Shown here one piece after another: positions 39,107 through 49,751 of a DNA stretch of 64,000 nucleotides. The stretch covers positions 20,086,740-20,150,739 of the forward strand of contig NW_024037073.1 of the NCBI RefSeq assembly GCF_015706575.1, written 5' to 3'. The DNA is from Patiria miniata. Taxonomy: Eukaryota. The notes beneath the pieces are model-generated. The model was not told where the DNA came from, made no database searches, and saw nothing but the letters and a program-made list of their open reading frames with translations. The first letter of the stretch is position 1, and the number at the start of each line of letters is the position of its first letter. Position numbers and translations under genes: made by a program.

Positions 39107-39406
39107 GAGGGGCGCCAGCCCCCCCCCCCCCCATGAAACCTTGTCGCCCCCCAGTCGCCCCCCACTGAGATTTTGAGTTTCTAAAAAAATTATCATTGAT
39201 CTACATGACGCCCCCCCATGAAATGTTCCAGCCCCCCCCCAGCGCCCCCCCCCCCCCCCCCACTGAAAAATTCCTGGCTACGCCACTGCCCCATGAGTCC
39301 CCCCTCCCCCGTTCAAAACCCTATCCAGAAATGAGGTCTTACGTGCGCCCCAAATTGAATCCTTGTTGTGCTACTGCAGAGCTTGATTGTGACTTGATGG
39401 TCTCAC

Positions 39407-39897
39407 CTTTCCCATCCGGCCCCACGGAACCGGAGGCCCAAAGCTCCCAGACAAACTCTGGTCTCCGATCGTGAAGTTGAAGACTGTCGATTCACCCGTG
39501 ACAGTGAACGACCCGTACGGCTCAGCGGCCCATCTGAAGTTGGCCGGACTCCGGTCGTCCGGTTCGCGTCCACGGGCCTCCCACCGTCCACCGTCACGGA
39601 GATGCTGTTGAGATCGGGGTAGGCCTCCGCCACCACGAGCGGTGCCTGGGCGCCAGCACTGCGGATGATGGCTATGTACGTCAGTGGGGTCGCATCGCCA
39701 GCAGGCCCTGAGTTGGTTTTGGGCAACACACGACCGAAGAGAACGCCGAAAGACTGCGGGGAGGAACTGTCAGTTATACGGGCGTACCAGCCCTCGATGA
39801 ACGGTCCCTGGCTCGGGTAGACGTGTGGGTCGTACTGGTTAGCCAGCACAAGTTGGGAGACCAACGTCGACAGTAAAACAAAACATCCAATGTTCAT
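39407..39897 (-). CDS. Secreted protein of unknown family, exon 1 (MNIGCFVLLSTLVSQLVLANQYDPHVYPSQGPFIEGWYARITDSS...VDANRTTGVRPTS, then a frameshift to ...ANFRWAAEPYGSFTVTGESTVFNFTIGDQSLSGSFGPPVPWGRMGK). Possible pseudogene or assembly error.
   Basis: ATG at 39897 followed by a hydrophobic signal peptide. Protein-like translation switches from one frame to the -1 frame near plus 39545. A strong donor AAG|GTGAGA (plus 39406-05) closes the exon in the second frame. Six-frame ORF 39403..39990(-). Confidence 0.5.
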
Positions 39898-40924
39898 TTT
39901 CAGGCTGATGCGCACCATCGTAACAAACTCCTTTATAAAAATCAGATTTTCCACTCTCATAGTTGTGTTGAAGATGAGAAATTGACACACGGCCTTAACA
40001 GAGATTGATTAGTCCTTATCTTTTTTTTAGGTTCAACAATGGCACCTTTCAATATCTACACGTCCTTGATAAGTCATTTCATAATACATGTACATGTAGA
40101 TGACAGACAGATAATGTACTTGCTATAGTGCAAGTCATATAGTGGTAGAAATGAACTTTGTGCCCCTCCATTCCGGCAGTAGGCCTACTAGGTTTCCGGT
40201 TGCACGGCCTAGTATTTTAGATGTGGTGGCGCACTGCATGCAAGATAGAAAGGCCAGTCGAGGCATGTACCTGAGCTCACTGGTTTCAAAATGCCTGATA
40301 CCAATTAAGAATATAATTATAATAACGTATTAATATGTCCGATATGATCCCAATTCCTATTTGCTTTTCCAGCAGATCAATCAAGACAAAACACACCACC
40401 ATTACGTCCCATGACGAAGATTGTCCTAGTATATAAAGACTGGTTGTTCACTGCAGTGCATGCCCGTCGCCCGTGTTGGCTTGTTCAAACTTACTAATCG
40501 GACAAAAATGAATATACGACAGGGGGAATCAATAATTTCAACTTCTTTTCTACCATTCACAGTAGCGGATCTAGAGGGGAGATTGGATGGGGTGTCGCAC
40601 CCCCCCCCCTTCAATTGCTGATTAATGCTAAGAAACTAGAAAATGAGGTCAAAATAATAAAATGGAATGCTAAAGTTCCCAAATTCATTTTCCAAAAAAA
40701 ATCGAATGCAGAAAAAAAACAACGTAAATTTCAAAATTTCCCTGCGGAAGAGCAAGCACACCTTCATTCACCCCCCTTCATATCACCTGAACTCTATATC
40801 AGCCACTTTTTCCTCCACTAACCACCAACCTAAGTGCCAACATTCTCAGGTGTTGGCATTGAGGCTACTTTGTGAGAGTTAAAACGCAAATAAACTTTAA
40901 CAGGGAAAAGCTGACATCAAGGGA

Positions 40925-41605
40925 CACAAAAAACAGCGCGTCCCAAATACAAATTTTTTTTTGGCGAGGCTCTAGCGTCGAAGCGGAAACACGAACCGCC
41001 ATTATTTTTATACAGTTTTAAAGCTTGCAATCTAAACTTTATCCCAGGCGAGTATTGGTTTGATATTTAAAAGAGTTGTAACATTAGTTGTATTTAAAAA
41101 AAAAAAAAAAAAAAGGCATGTCAAAAACAAACTCAACCGATTTCAATAAAATTTGATGATGCGGTACATCAGATGCAAACTCGAATCACACTATGAGCGC
41201 GCTTTTTGAATAGGTACATACTTGCACGTGAATTTCAAAATTGAACTTGAAACGAAGAACAATGTTGTGAATTTATTTAAGGTGTAGTCTACGTGGATCG
41301 AAAAGAATAGGAAACACAGAAGTAACAGGCAACGAGATCGTCACATCATGAACATGAAGCATTTCCACATTAAAAAATAATGCGCATGGTTGATTTTCCT
41401 TGAAATCGGTTGAGTTTGTTTTTAACATGCCTTTAGTTGAACATGTGTCGTTTCAAAACCTTTTTTAAAAATCAAACCAATACTTACTATGCAGGGATAA
41501 AGTTAAGATCCCAAGCTTTAAAATGATATAAAAATAATGGCGGTACGTATTTCCGCAGCGACGCTAGAGCCTCGCAAAAAAAAAATGCTGCGGGTGTTTT
41601 GGACG
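40925..41605. mobile_element. ~680-bp foldback element with long (~230-bp) inverted arms surrounding a short central region.
   Basis: 40935-41170 is the reverse complement of 41380-41605, for example ggcgaggctctagcgtcgaagcggaaacacgaaccgccattattttta vs taaaaataatggcggtacgtatttccgcagcgacgctagagcctcgc. Confidence 0.65.
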
Positions 41606-41869
41606 CGCTGTATAATATGGCTGGTTACCCTTCTTTGCATCTTGGCGACTCGATGAATTTGGCCAACGATCCCTTTTACACAGCCACATATTGAACATTA
41701 CTACGTACGAAGATTACAAACCTGCATCGCTGGTCTGTACCCATTTATACTCCTGGCATGGGCGTCAATCCTGGAAGGGGACAGGGGGACGCGTGTCCCC
41801 CCCCTACTTTTTGAAGGGTGGGGGACACAATATCAAATGTTCCCCCCCCCCCCAGATTTTTGAACTCGT

Positions 41870-42200
41870 GCCTCATTTACAGGGCCCTATTATGTACTAC
41901 AATGTATCTTTTGCTAAGAAAATATTGGTTAAAGTGGTCAGAAATTGCCTCAGATCGCACCACAGAGCATTTAGAATCCACAATTTTTCGGGGCCCTCAG
42001 GCCCCAAACCCCATTCCTTTAGCTTAGAATATAATAGCTTATTCAATGACTTCAACCTCGAAAATGATTTTAAATTAATATCTTTTGCTGGGAAAATATT
42101 GGTTAAAGTGGTCAGAAATTGCCTCAGATCACACCACATGAGCATCTAGAATCCGATTTTTTTTCGGGGCCCTTGCGGGCCCCGAACCCCACGCTGTAAG
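41870..42200 (+). repeat. Two tandem copies of a ~135-bp repeat ending in ttttcggggccc...gggccccgaacccc. A related copy lies at 7260-7400.
   Basis: 41884-41996 matches 42072-42200, and 7316-7395 shares the ttcggggcccttaagcgggccccgaaccccacgc motif. Confidence 0.7.
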
Positions 42201-42606
42201 GGCTTCGCAATTCGTGCTCGTATTATTTCTAATCAAGGTATGTCCCCCCCCCCCACACACACTTTTGAGAAGCGATTGACGCCCTGACTCCTGGGTAAAG
42301 AGAAGCTAGTGTGGTGCCTTGCCCAAGGACACAAGCACCATGTTCTCCGTCATGGGCCGAACACCGTAACTATTGGACCATATATCGCTCAACATATCTG
42401 CGGTCCATCTTAAGTCAAGAATTAGGCCCACCATTCCGCCAACAACCCCACTTCGTTTTGCGAGCTCTGCGCATATCCCAAATTCCAAATCCAAAACAAC
42501 AATGAGTTTCAACTTCCAAGAGAACAGCATAAGGAGAATGGATCGTGATGGCTTCATTTGCATCTTGTGAACGGCAGTCCGTTCCCTGTGCCTTCCGCGG
42601 TCCAAC

Positions 42607-42730
42607 ATGGTGATGGCTGTGCATGACTCCAATAATATCAGATTGACCATGCACCATATTCTCATGTCATTGGTCTTATTTTCACATCTATGGATGCTGA
42701 TAACTGCCAGCCCTGTGTCGTTCGTTAAAG
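42607..42730 (+). CDS. Mosaic serine protease gene, exon 1: start codon and signal peptide (MVMAVHDSNNIRLTMHHILMSLVLFSHLWMLITASPVSFVK). Ends at a phase-1 donor AAAG|GTAGGT.
   Basis: First ATG after an in-frame TGA at 42568-70. Hydrophobic stretch MSLVLFSHLWMLITASP. Strong donor gtaggt at 42731. The phase-1 donor matches the phase-1 acceptor of the next exon (g+at=Asp). True start Met could be one of the later in-frame ATGs. Confidence 0.55.
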
Positions 42731-42949
42731 GTAGGTACAATGTTTGATAAATTAAAAAATAATGAAGAAAACCAAAAAAATTTATGCGGAGGGTGTGGAG
42801 TGTGGTCCCACTGCTGGACTTGAAATTGACACGCTTATTGATTAAGTGCGTCTACACGCCTTAACGTCACGGAAGCTCTTTCCAAAATTCCAAATCTCAA
42901 CAGGATATTTAGTCTCATTCTATGCTTAATAAAGTTCATAATTTCTCAG

Positions 42950-43084
42950 ATAAGAGCGACAAGCGTTGCAAGGCGTGGGAGTTCGCCTGTGCCAGCGGCC
43001 AGTGTATCGATGGCGACTTGGAGTGCGACTGGTATTACGACTGCGAGGACGAGAGCGATGAAGGTGCCGATTGCAAATACACAG
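42950..43084 (+). CDS. Mosaic serine protease, exon 2: LDL-receptor class A module 1 (CKAWEFACASGQCIDGDLECDWYYDCEDESDEGADC), phase 1-1.
   Basis: Acceptor tttctcag| at 42948-49 and donor ACAG|GTATAG at 43085. Six Cys with the DCxDxSDE calcium-binding motif. Open frame matches six-frame ORF 42922..43179. Confidence 0.8.
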
Positions 43085-44857
43085 GTATAGCCACATTAAA
43101 CAATCGGCACAGTTTAAAGAGGGATACAGTCACTTACTTTGATGATTACTCCCTTGACCAGATACTAAGACCGTATTAAAGTGGCGGAACTCTATGAGTA
43201 TGGCCCCAGGCCTGTGCTCCTTGTCCCCCGCTGAAATTTCGAGAAGACAGGCACATTTTTTTTGTAGAAGCCGAATTTTCGTCCCGTCCAGAATAAAAAT
43301 GAGGCCACCAAGTACATCTTGCAAATAAGGTCAATATTACGTATCTATCGTCTCAAAGACCCACACGAGACAATTTATTGACACTTTGTTTTCAGCTATG
43401 GGATCCCCCACAGCAGCATATGAGTCTGGCCCAATCGCTAACGAAAGAGAGATGGGCACTCCATTCTTGTTAACACAGGTTCCCTTGTTTTTCAGCCACA
43501 AAAAAAATGCAAAAAAATCCATGTGCTAAAGATGAGGTTTTGAACATTTCATCCTCAACTTAGTAAATCAGTCTTACTTTAAAGTCGTTAAGCAAAAAGG
43601 TTAGGAGAATAACGTAGTTTTATAATGTGGTACTCGGACGTAACATTTATGGATTATGTAGGCCTACAATGTGTGAGTCCCTACATTTTCTAACCATTTC
43701 CTAACAAAACTACATGCAATTGTATTTGCAACGACTGACTATCACCGAATTTTTTTTTCTTCAAAAACAGCATCTTGATACAGAAATCGTTTACTTGTCT
43801 TCTCTTCTGAATTCGTTCAATCACGTTAGGGACATGCAATTCTCAAGATTCCAACAAAGATTATAAGGTTTTTAGGGAAGTAACTTATACTGACCGACGT
43901 ATGGGAGCTTACCATCTGTCCAGACAATTTAGCCTCGTTTCCATATCGCCAAAAAGAAACTCAGAGAGCAACGCAAACAAGTCCCAAACTGCAACGCAGA
44001 CATACGGAAACATTTCACCCACAAATGTCACGACGACCCGGACGTAGACGCAAACTATCTTGCAGACGATCAGCAATTAATTAAACCCGGTTCAACTTTC
44101 CCAACGGTTCCGAGCACTATCTGCGCAGTGTCTGCATAAGCTTTACGTCGATATGGAAACTAGGCTTTAGGCGAGCCGGCCAACCCCTTACGATGCCGGC
44201 AAAAGAAACAGCATCACGCCGACACGATAGCACTGGCACTTCAGCCGTTACCGACCCATGCAGTGTATGCATGTAGAGTACCGACAAAAAGCAGGCTCCA
44301 CGCGCACGCCGGCACAACACCGGTACAAGGCCGGCACAACGCCGGCACAGCGCCGCCACAACGCCGTTACAACCACTTCATACGCTTGCATAGTTCCGGC
44401 GCAAACGCCGGCCCCAAACCCTTCAAACGCTGGCTTAACACCGGGAAAATGTCGGCGTTTCACGGTTTCGATCACGTCAGACGCTTGCGTGGGACCGGCA
44501 CTGTGCCGGCACAACGCCGGCATGTGGCGTCGTATCCCTCGCGCCAACTTTGTGCCTCTCATTCACGTCGCTCAGAAGAGCAAGCTCCGCATATTTGAAG
44601 TCAATGGACCGCTGAGATCGCCTTCTAACACCTGTATCATAAATAAAATAAAAACCTTGAAACATGATATCCTCACAACGAAAGAAAAGAGTTGAAAACG
44701 TATTACGGTCCACTACGAAGGTTAAAACTTTTATTACTAAAATTACGTCATTAAAGAAACAGTGGTTTCCAATTATAACTTATGACAAGTCAAGGTCAAA
44801 CTTCTTCGTTTGCGGGTTTACATCGCATTCCAAGATTATTCTTATTCAACTCCCCAG

Positions 44858-44959
44858 GATTTACATGCGAAGAGGGGACAACCATGGTGTCCGATTCCTG
44901 GCTGTGTGATGGTCATGCGGACTGCAAGGACAAGTCGGACGAAAAGGAGGAGAACTGTC
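44858..44959 (+). CDS. Mosaic serine protease, exon 3: LDLa module 2 (FTCEEGTTMVSDSWLCDGHADCKDKSDEKEENC), phase 1-1.
   Basis: Acceptor ctccccag| at 44856-57 and donor C|GTAAGT at 44960. DCKDKSDE motif. Within ORF 44782..45012. Confidence 0.8.
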
Positions 44960-45063
44960 GTAAGTATGGCAAGACCCCTCGTCACCTAATCAATCATATA
45001 GGAGGTCTCTAAGTTGCCGTTTTTGCTCATTCATTTTTAGAAACAAAATCTTTAAATTCACAG

Positions 45064-45201
45064 TTTCTGCAGTGGAAGCCAATACCTGCCGCACAGTGTC
45101 CTGTGATAACAAGTGCTTAAAGGAGGCAGAAATATGTGATGGCATTGAACAGTGTGTTGATGGTGCAGACGAGCTTCTGGACAACTGCAAGAACATAAGA
45201 T
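45064..45201 (+). CDS. Mosaic serine protease, exon 4: degenerate LDLa-like module 3 (ANTCRTVSCDNKCLKEAEICDGIEQCVDGADELLDNC), phase 1-1.
   Basis: Acceptor ttaaattcacag| at 45062-63; an alternative in-frame AG at 45070-71 would remove 3 codons. Donor T|GTAAGT at 45202. Six Cys with DGADE in place of DxSDE. Confidence 0.65.
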
Positions 45202-45825
45202 GTAAGTAAGGATTCCTCGATTTACCATCATCCTCACCTTTTGTATACCTATTCTCAATAATTAAGTGAGGTTCCATATTTATAAGCACATAGCAATTTC
45301 ATATAAGGCAGGAACTGCAGTGTAATTGCTGTACAAAAACTTGTCACTTTTTTTTTGGGGGGGGGGGGTGGGTGGGTCAGTTGTCAGTGGCGAATCGGGG
45401 GGGGGGGGGTCCTCCAGGCTCCAGCTGCTGAATAATGTCATGATACTGGTAAAATGGGACAAAAAATTAATAAATGGAATTCTAAAGTTTCTAAATTTAT
45501 TATAAACTTGCCTTAGAATGCAGGGGAATACATTGTTTCAGTAGATGTTAAACATTTCTGGGGGCATGGCCGGAGCCGCACGCCCTCACTCAAGTGATTA
45601 AACCCCCCTTTACATCAACCCCACCCCCTTTCCTGAAAGTCAGATTCGCCCCAGGCTGTCAATTGTTAATTTTAATATCTTAGATCTTTTTTTTGTGAGT
45701 TGGGAGTTTCTGCAAACCCGCAAGATTCAGATTTAGTTTTATGAATTATTTTTTGGACATTGATATGTGAATATTCGGGAGTTTTCTTAAGTTTGATCAA
45801 CAAATCTTTTTTTGCTGATCTGTAG

Positions 45826-45937
45826 CTTGCTTCAGATGCCGTTCTGGAGAGGCATGCCTCAAGTGGTCCTGGGTGTGCGACAACATAGCGGACTGCAATG
45901 ATTGGTCGGATGAAAACGGCTGACATCTGCGGCACAG
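45826..45937 (+). CDS. Mosaic serine protease, exon 5: LDLa module 4 ([35 protein letters not shown]). It carries an apparent +1 frameshift in the run gatgaaaacgg, with an in-frame TGA in the entry frame.
   Basis: Acceptor tctttttttgctgatctgtag| at 45824-25 enters in the CFRC...DWSDE frame. Donor ACAG|GTAAAA at 45938 is phase 1 only in the +1 frame (ADICGT). The neighbouring exons fix both phases. Length 112 nt, where 111 would be clean. Confidence 0.6.
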
Positions 45938-46309
45938 GTAAAATAAAAGTTTCTACCATTTGATTCAAATGAGTTTGCTCAACTAACAACTTAATGGGTA
46001 GTTTGGAATATCAAAACAAAACCAAAGAAATCGACAGAGCATACAAATAATGTCAATATGTTTCTTCCAAGTCAAATTCTCATCAATATGTATTCCCAAA
46101 AATGAAAGAACCCAATGGCCACCTTGGAAAATCTGCCCCCCCCCCCGAAAAAGGGCACCTCCATAATTTTTTTTAAACAGCTCTGACAAGAAACTGATTT
46201 TTGACTCAGCGTTATTTTATCACAAGATCCACCAGACGAAGCTATGTAAATCACTGGGGTTTTCTTTACCACTTTTGTTGATGATTTTGTTTTCCTTTGT
46301 TAATCTCAG

Positions 46310-46429
46310 TGGAGGACCGCTGTTGGAAAGGAGCCTTTCCCTGTCACCATCAAGACTTCTGCGTGCCTCAGGGATGGCGATGCGACAAGGACAACGATTG
46401 CGGGGACGGCTCGGATGAAACTAACTGCC
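46310..46429 (+). CDS. Mosaic serine protease, exon 6: LDLa module 5 ([36 protein letters not shown]), phase 1-1.
   Basis: Acceptor ttgttaatctcag| at 46308-09 and donor C|GTAAGA at 46430. Canonical LDLa consensus with DCGDGSDE. Confidence 0.85.
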
Positions 46430-47034
46430 GTAAGAAACCCGATCACGGCGTCATAATTGCACCTCGCCCAAGAAAACATGCATCATTTATAAGATTAGGG
46501 CAAAAATCAACCTTTATCCCCAAAAATTACCAGTAATGCTGGCTGTTTGCAATTGCCAAGCAGATTGTTTTTTCCACACTCAGCAGTTTTGCATGCTGAA
46601 CAGAGTCCTATGAAATCATTTCCGTATGATAACAATCATTTCAAGAAGTGCTTATTTTCACTTTTGTTGTACTTTAAGGCACATCTCATAGGGCATTCCC
46701 CCCCCCCAAAAAAAAAAAACCCTTGGTCTATAAAATAAAGAAAAATCTGTAAATCAAACAAGAAAAATCTTACATAATAAAAACCTGTATTTTTGAAGAA
46801 TATATATCTCTGAGAAATTGTTACAATTTAGTGACATATTTCCACTCTAACCTGAACATTTAGGAAAGCGAGTCACCTTTCACAGAAAAAAAAATTTCAG
46901 CCCAATCCCCCTTTTTGTTTGTTAGAGGCTCACACAAACAAACAAAACCTGATGAATTTCTCTGTGATAAATGCAGTATTATGAATTTGTTTCTCCTACA
47001 AAAAAAACCATGCAGTTTAAAAAAAAAGGTAAGG

Positions 47035-47275
47035 TCTGTCATGAGCCAATGTGGCCCATCATGATAGCATTTATCTCTGGTTTCCTTGGGATGCCAGTCC
47101 ATCACAGGTTACTCCCCAGCTAATGCCAGTACCCATTTATACTCCTGGGTGGAGAGAGGCAAGTGGGGGTGAAGTGGCTTGCCCAAGGATACAACATATG
47201 GCCAGCAGTGGGACTCGAACCCCTGACCCTCTGATCAGGAGTCGTGAACCCTGAACACTAGGCCACACTCCCAAA
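47035..47275 (-). mobile_element. tRNA-derived SINE copy (minus orientation) in the intron between LDLa5 and the TSP1 exon.
   Basis: The reverse complement contains a tRNA-like head with A box tggcctagtggttag and B box ggttcgagtccc, then a conserved body ...ggcaagccacttcacccccacttgcctctctccacccaggagtataaatgggtac... Confidence 0.75.
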
Positions 47276-47366
47276 TTCACTTCAATCTTCTTCCCTCGTA
47301 GAGGACAATTAAATCTGTCATTTATAAATAAAAGTTCGGATTGCTTTTATGACATTCCCATCGCAG

Positions 47367-47552
47367 ATGTCAAGTCGGCCTGGGATCCCGTGTACGGCTG
47401 GAGTTTATGGAGTGAATGGTCGGCCTGCAACACCGACTGTGGGCCTGGTCAGCGGCAGCGCTACCGACTGTGCCACGAGCTGAGCATTGCCTGCGCCGGG
47501 AAAGAAGTTCAGCTTGAGAGTTGCCAGCAAAAAGAGTGCGTCCCGGAAAAAG
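47367..47552 (+). CDS. Mosaic serine protease, exon 7: thrombospondin type-1 repeat (WSLWSEWSACNTDCGPGQRQRYRLC...ESCQQKEC), phase 1-1.
   Basis: Acceptor ttcccatcgcag| at 47365-66 and donor AAAG|GTGACA at 47553. Shows the WSxWSxWSxC, CGxGxxxRxRxC and C-terminal CxxxxC pattern of a TSR. Confidence 0.8.
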
Positions 47553-47740
47553 GTGACAAGTTCTTACACTCAGATTTTCAGAAGTATTATGGTAGAAGAA
47601 GTAAAAAGTTGGGTCTAACTCATATTCGCCAATCGGGCCCTCCTTCTCAGGTAGTCAACTTATATAAATGACGCAGATATGATGAGATTCATCTGTGATG
47701 CCACCTTTTGTTTTTTCTTCAATTCTGGTCTGCTCTGTAG

Positions 47741-47951
47741 ACGTGGGTTGCGGCACAAGGCAGTTACCGACCTGGCAGCCGTTATTTGTGAAGCGTATTG
47801 TGGGCGGCGTAGAGGCAGTGGCCGGCTCCTGGCCCTGGCAGGCCCAGCTCTTCCATCGGTTCAAGAGCGGACGGCAGGTGGCCATCTGTGGCGGGACGCT
47901 GGTCAGGGACAACCTTGTTGTGACGGCTGCTCACTGCTTCTTGAAAACAAT
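47741..47951 (+). CDS. Mosaic serine protease, exon 8: activation site and N-terminal part of the trypsin-like domain ([16 protein letters not shown]|[18 protein letters not shown]...[20 protein letters not shown]; catalytic His).
   Basis: Acceptor tctgctctgtag| at 47739-40 and donor AAT|GTAAGT at 47952 (phase 2). Contains R|IVGG, WPWQ and TAAHC motifs. Confidence 0.85.
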
Positions 47952-48084
47952 GTAAGTCTCGATACAATGTGATTAAATTAAAGAAAGATTTGATCAGATT
48001 GGGTTGTGTTCTTTTACAATTTACCAATAAAGCAAAAACTATATAGTAAGGTTTCATCGTAACAAAGTTCTTTGGAGAATAAGG

Positions 48085-48375
48085 GCTTTCCTTATGTCAC
48101 GAGCCAGTATCGCCCATCAGGCAAGCGTTTATCTCCTGTTTCACTAGCATGAAATGACTGGGAATGTTTCTATTCCCCCTGGATGGGATGCCAGTCCATC
48201 ACAGTTACTCCACAGCTAATGCCGGTACCCATTTATACTCCTGGGTGGAGAGAGGCAAGTGGGGATGAGAGGCTTGCCCAAGGACACAACATATGGCCAG
48301 CAGCTGGATTCGAACCCCTGACCGTCTGATCATGAGTCACACGAACCCTAACCACTACGCCACACTCCCCCAAGG
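48085..48375 (-). mobile_element. Second copy of the same SINE (minus orientation) in the intron before protease exon 9.
   Basis: ~85-90% identical to 47035-47275 over the alignable part. Confidence 0.75.
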
Positions 48376-48722
48376 GCTTGGCCGTTGCAGATTGGTGAAA
48401 AAACCACATCTACAATCTATCTTTGATAAGACTACGTACATTACATTTTAAAGTTAACAAAACAAGCCAATAGAGTCTCTGTGAAGAAAACAAAAATCAC
48501 ACAATTTCTAAAGAGGTTCGGGTCTCAGTGATGAAAGCAATACTTTAAAATGTAACCTCTTAAAAGTTAAGTTCATATCAAGTCTGCACAACCTATTCAG
48601 TACAGGTCAAAACCCAATCCTGTGGTAAACCTGTGCAACTCCACAAACAAGGGATACTGCAGGAAAGTGTACATCAGATCTTACCCACCTCCAAGATATT
48701 TGTTTTTCTTTTATCAAACCAG

Positions 48723-48988
48723 GAATGACGCAAACTCTTGGAAGGTGCACCTGGGCAAGCATACAATCGACCTCCATCTTGGCTCTGGCGAGCAAGAGGC
48801 AAACATCAAGCACATCATCAAGCACAAAGAGTTCAACAGCAAGACCATGCAGAACGACTTGGCCGTCTTGGTATTAGACAGGTCCCTGTCCCTGGATGGC
48901 AAGCAAGTCAATGTGGCCTGCCTGGACGAGGATTTGGACATGAGGGACAAGACTCACTGCTTTGTGACGGGATGGGGATTGACGGAAA
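48723..48988 (+). CDS. Mosaic serine protease, exon 9: middle of the protease domain (NDLAVLVLD carries the catalytic Asp; ...CFVTGWGLTE).
   Basis: Acceptor ttttatcaaaccag| at 48721-22 (phase 2) and donor A|GTAAGG at 48989 (phase 1). Contains the DIALL-like motif and GWG. Confidence 0.8.
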
Positions 48989-49602
48989 GTAAGGGTGAAA
49001 TGCAAAGATCGTACAGCACCGCGTAGCGGCGCCTTGTACAAGTAAAAGCTGGCGCAGTGTTTGCAATCTAGTACAGTGCTTACACAAATATGTAGAGGGG
49101 CAAACGCAACACATATTTTAAAAATAACATCTTTGATCGAAAGTTTTCCAACACTGGTCGGGCCGACCAGCGTTGGAGAAAACTGGCTTTTTTTTTAAAA
49201 CTGCTCCTAAATTTTCATATTTAGTTATTCCGCATTTTCTTTGCAATTGATTACAGACATGTAAGGGTCTGGTACAAGCCTGCTAGACTGATTCTCTGAC
49301 CTTACAATTCCCCAAAGTCTATAAATTGCTCCGTTTCATCTTAAGTGGGGTCAGGGAACCAGACTACAAGAACATGATTGGTTTTCTCGGTTTTTCCAGC
49401 ATCTACAAGCCCAAAACGTGAAACAAGTCAGTTATTAATATTTGCTATAACATACTTATCTTCCAAATCCATTTATTTCTGAAAATTGCAGCAAAGCAAA
49501 TGTTGTAGTACATTCCCTAAGTGATAGATCAAATCTCGCCGAGAAACACCAACGATATAAAACACTCAGATCTTGCATTTTGGTTTTTTGTTCTTTGTGC
49601 AG

Positions 49603-49751
49603 TGGGAGGGAGACAAGCCAGGAAACTTCAGGAGGCCCCCGTGCCTATCCTAAGCCAGAGTCAGTGTAACCACAAGGATGTCTACAAGGGGATGGTTAGG
49701 GACACCATGATGTGTGCGGGGTACCTGGCTGGAGGAATTGATGCTTGCCAG
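49603..49751 (+). CDS. Mosaic serine protease, exon 10 (ARKLQEAPVPILSQSQCNHKDVYKGMVRDTMMCAGYLAGGIDACQ).
   Basis: Acceptor ttgttctttgtgcag| at 49601-02; an alternative AG lies at 49607-08. Donor CAG|GTAAGT at 49752 (phase 0). Shows the vPilsxxxC and MxCAGxxxGGxDACQ motifs typical of the S1 family. Confidence 0.8.

Noticed and set aside
38797-39196. Minus-strand ORFs of 80-122 aa with long poly-Pro/Gly.
   Set aside because: They translate homopolymer C/G runs inside the intron of the 38112-39897 gene, a low-complexity artefact.
42306-42740. Minus-strand ORF of 144 aa overlapping the protease start exon.
   Set aside because: It is antisense to the signal-peptide exon, which is fixed by a phase-matched donor at 42731. 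The ORF also overlaps SINE fragments.
44117-44713. Several overlapping ORFs (80-145 aa) on both strands in a GC-rich stretch.
   Set aside because: The region is an intronic low-complexity repeat ((gccggcacaacgccgg)n-like), and the ORFs are Ala/Arg/Pro-rich in all frames. It lies within the intron between LDLa exons 2 and 3.
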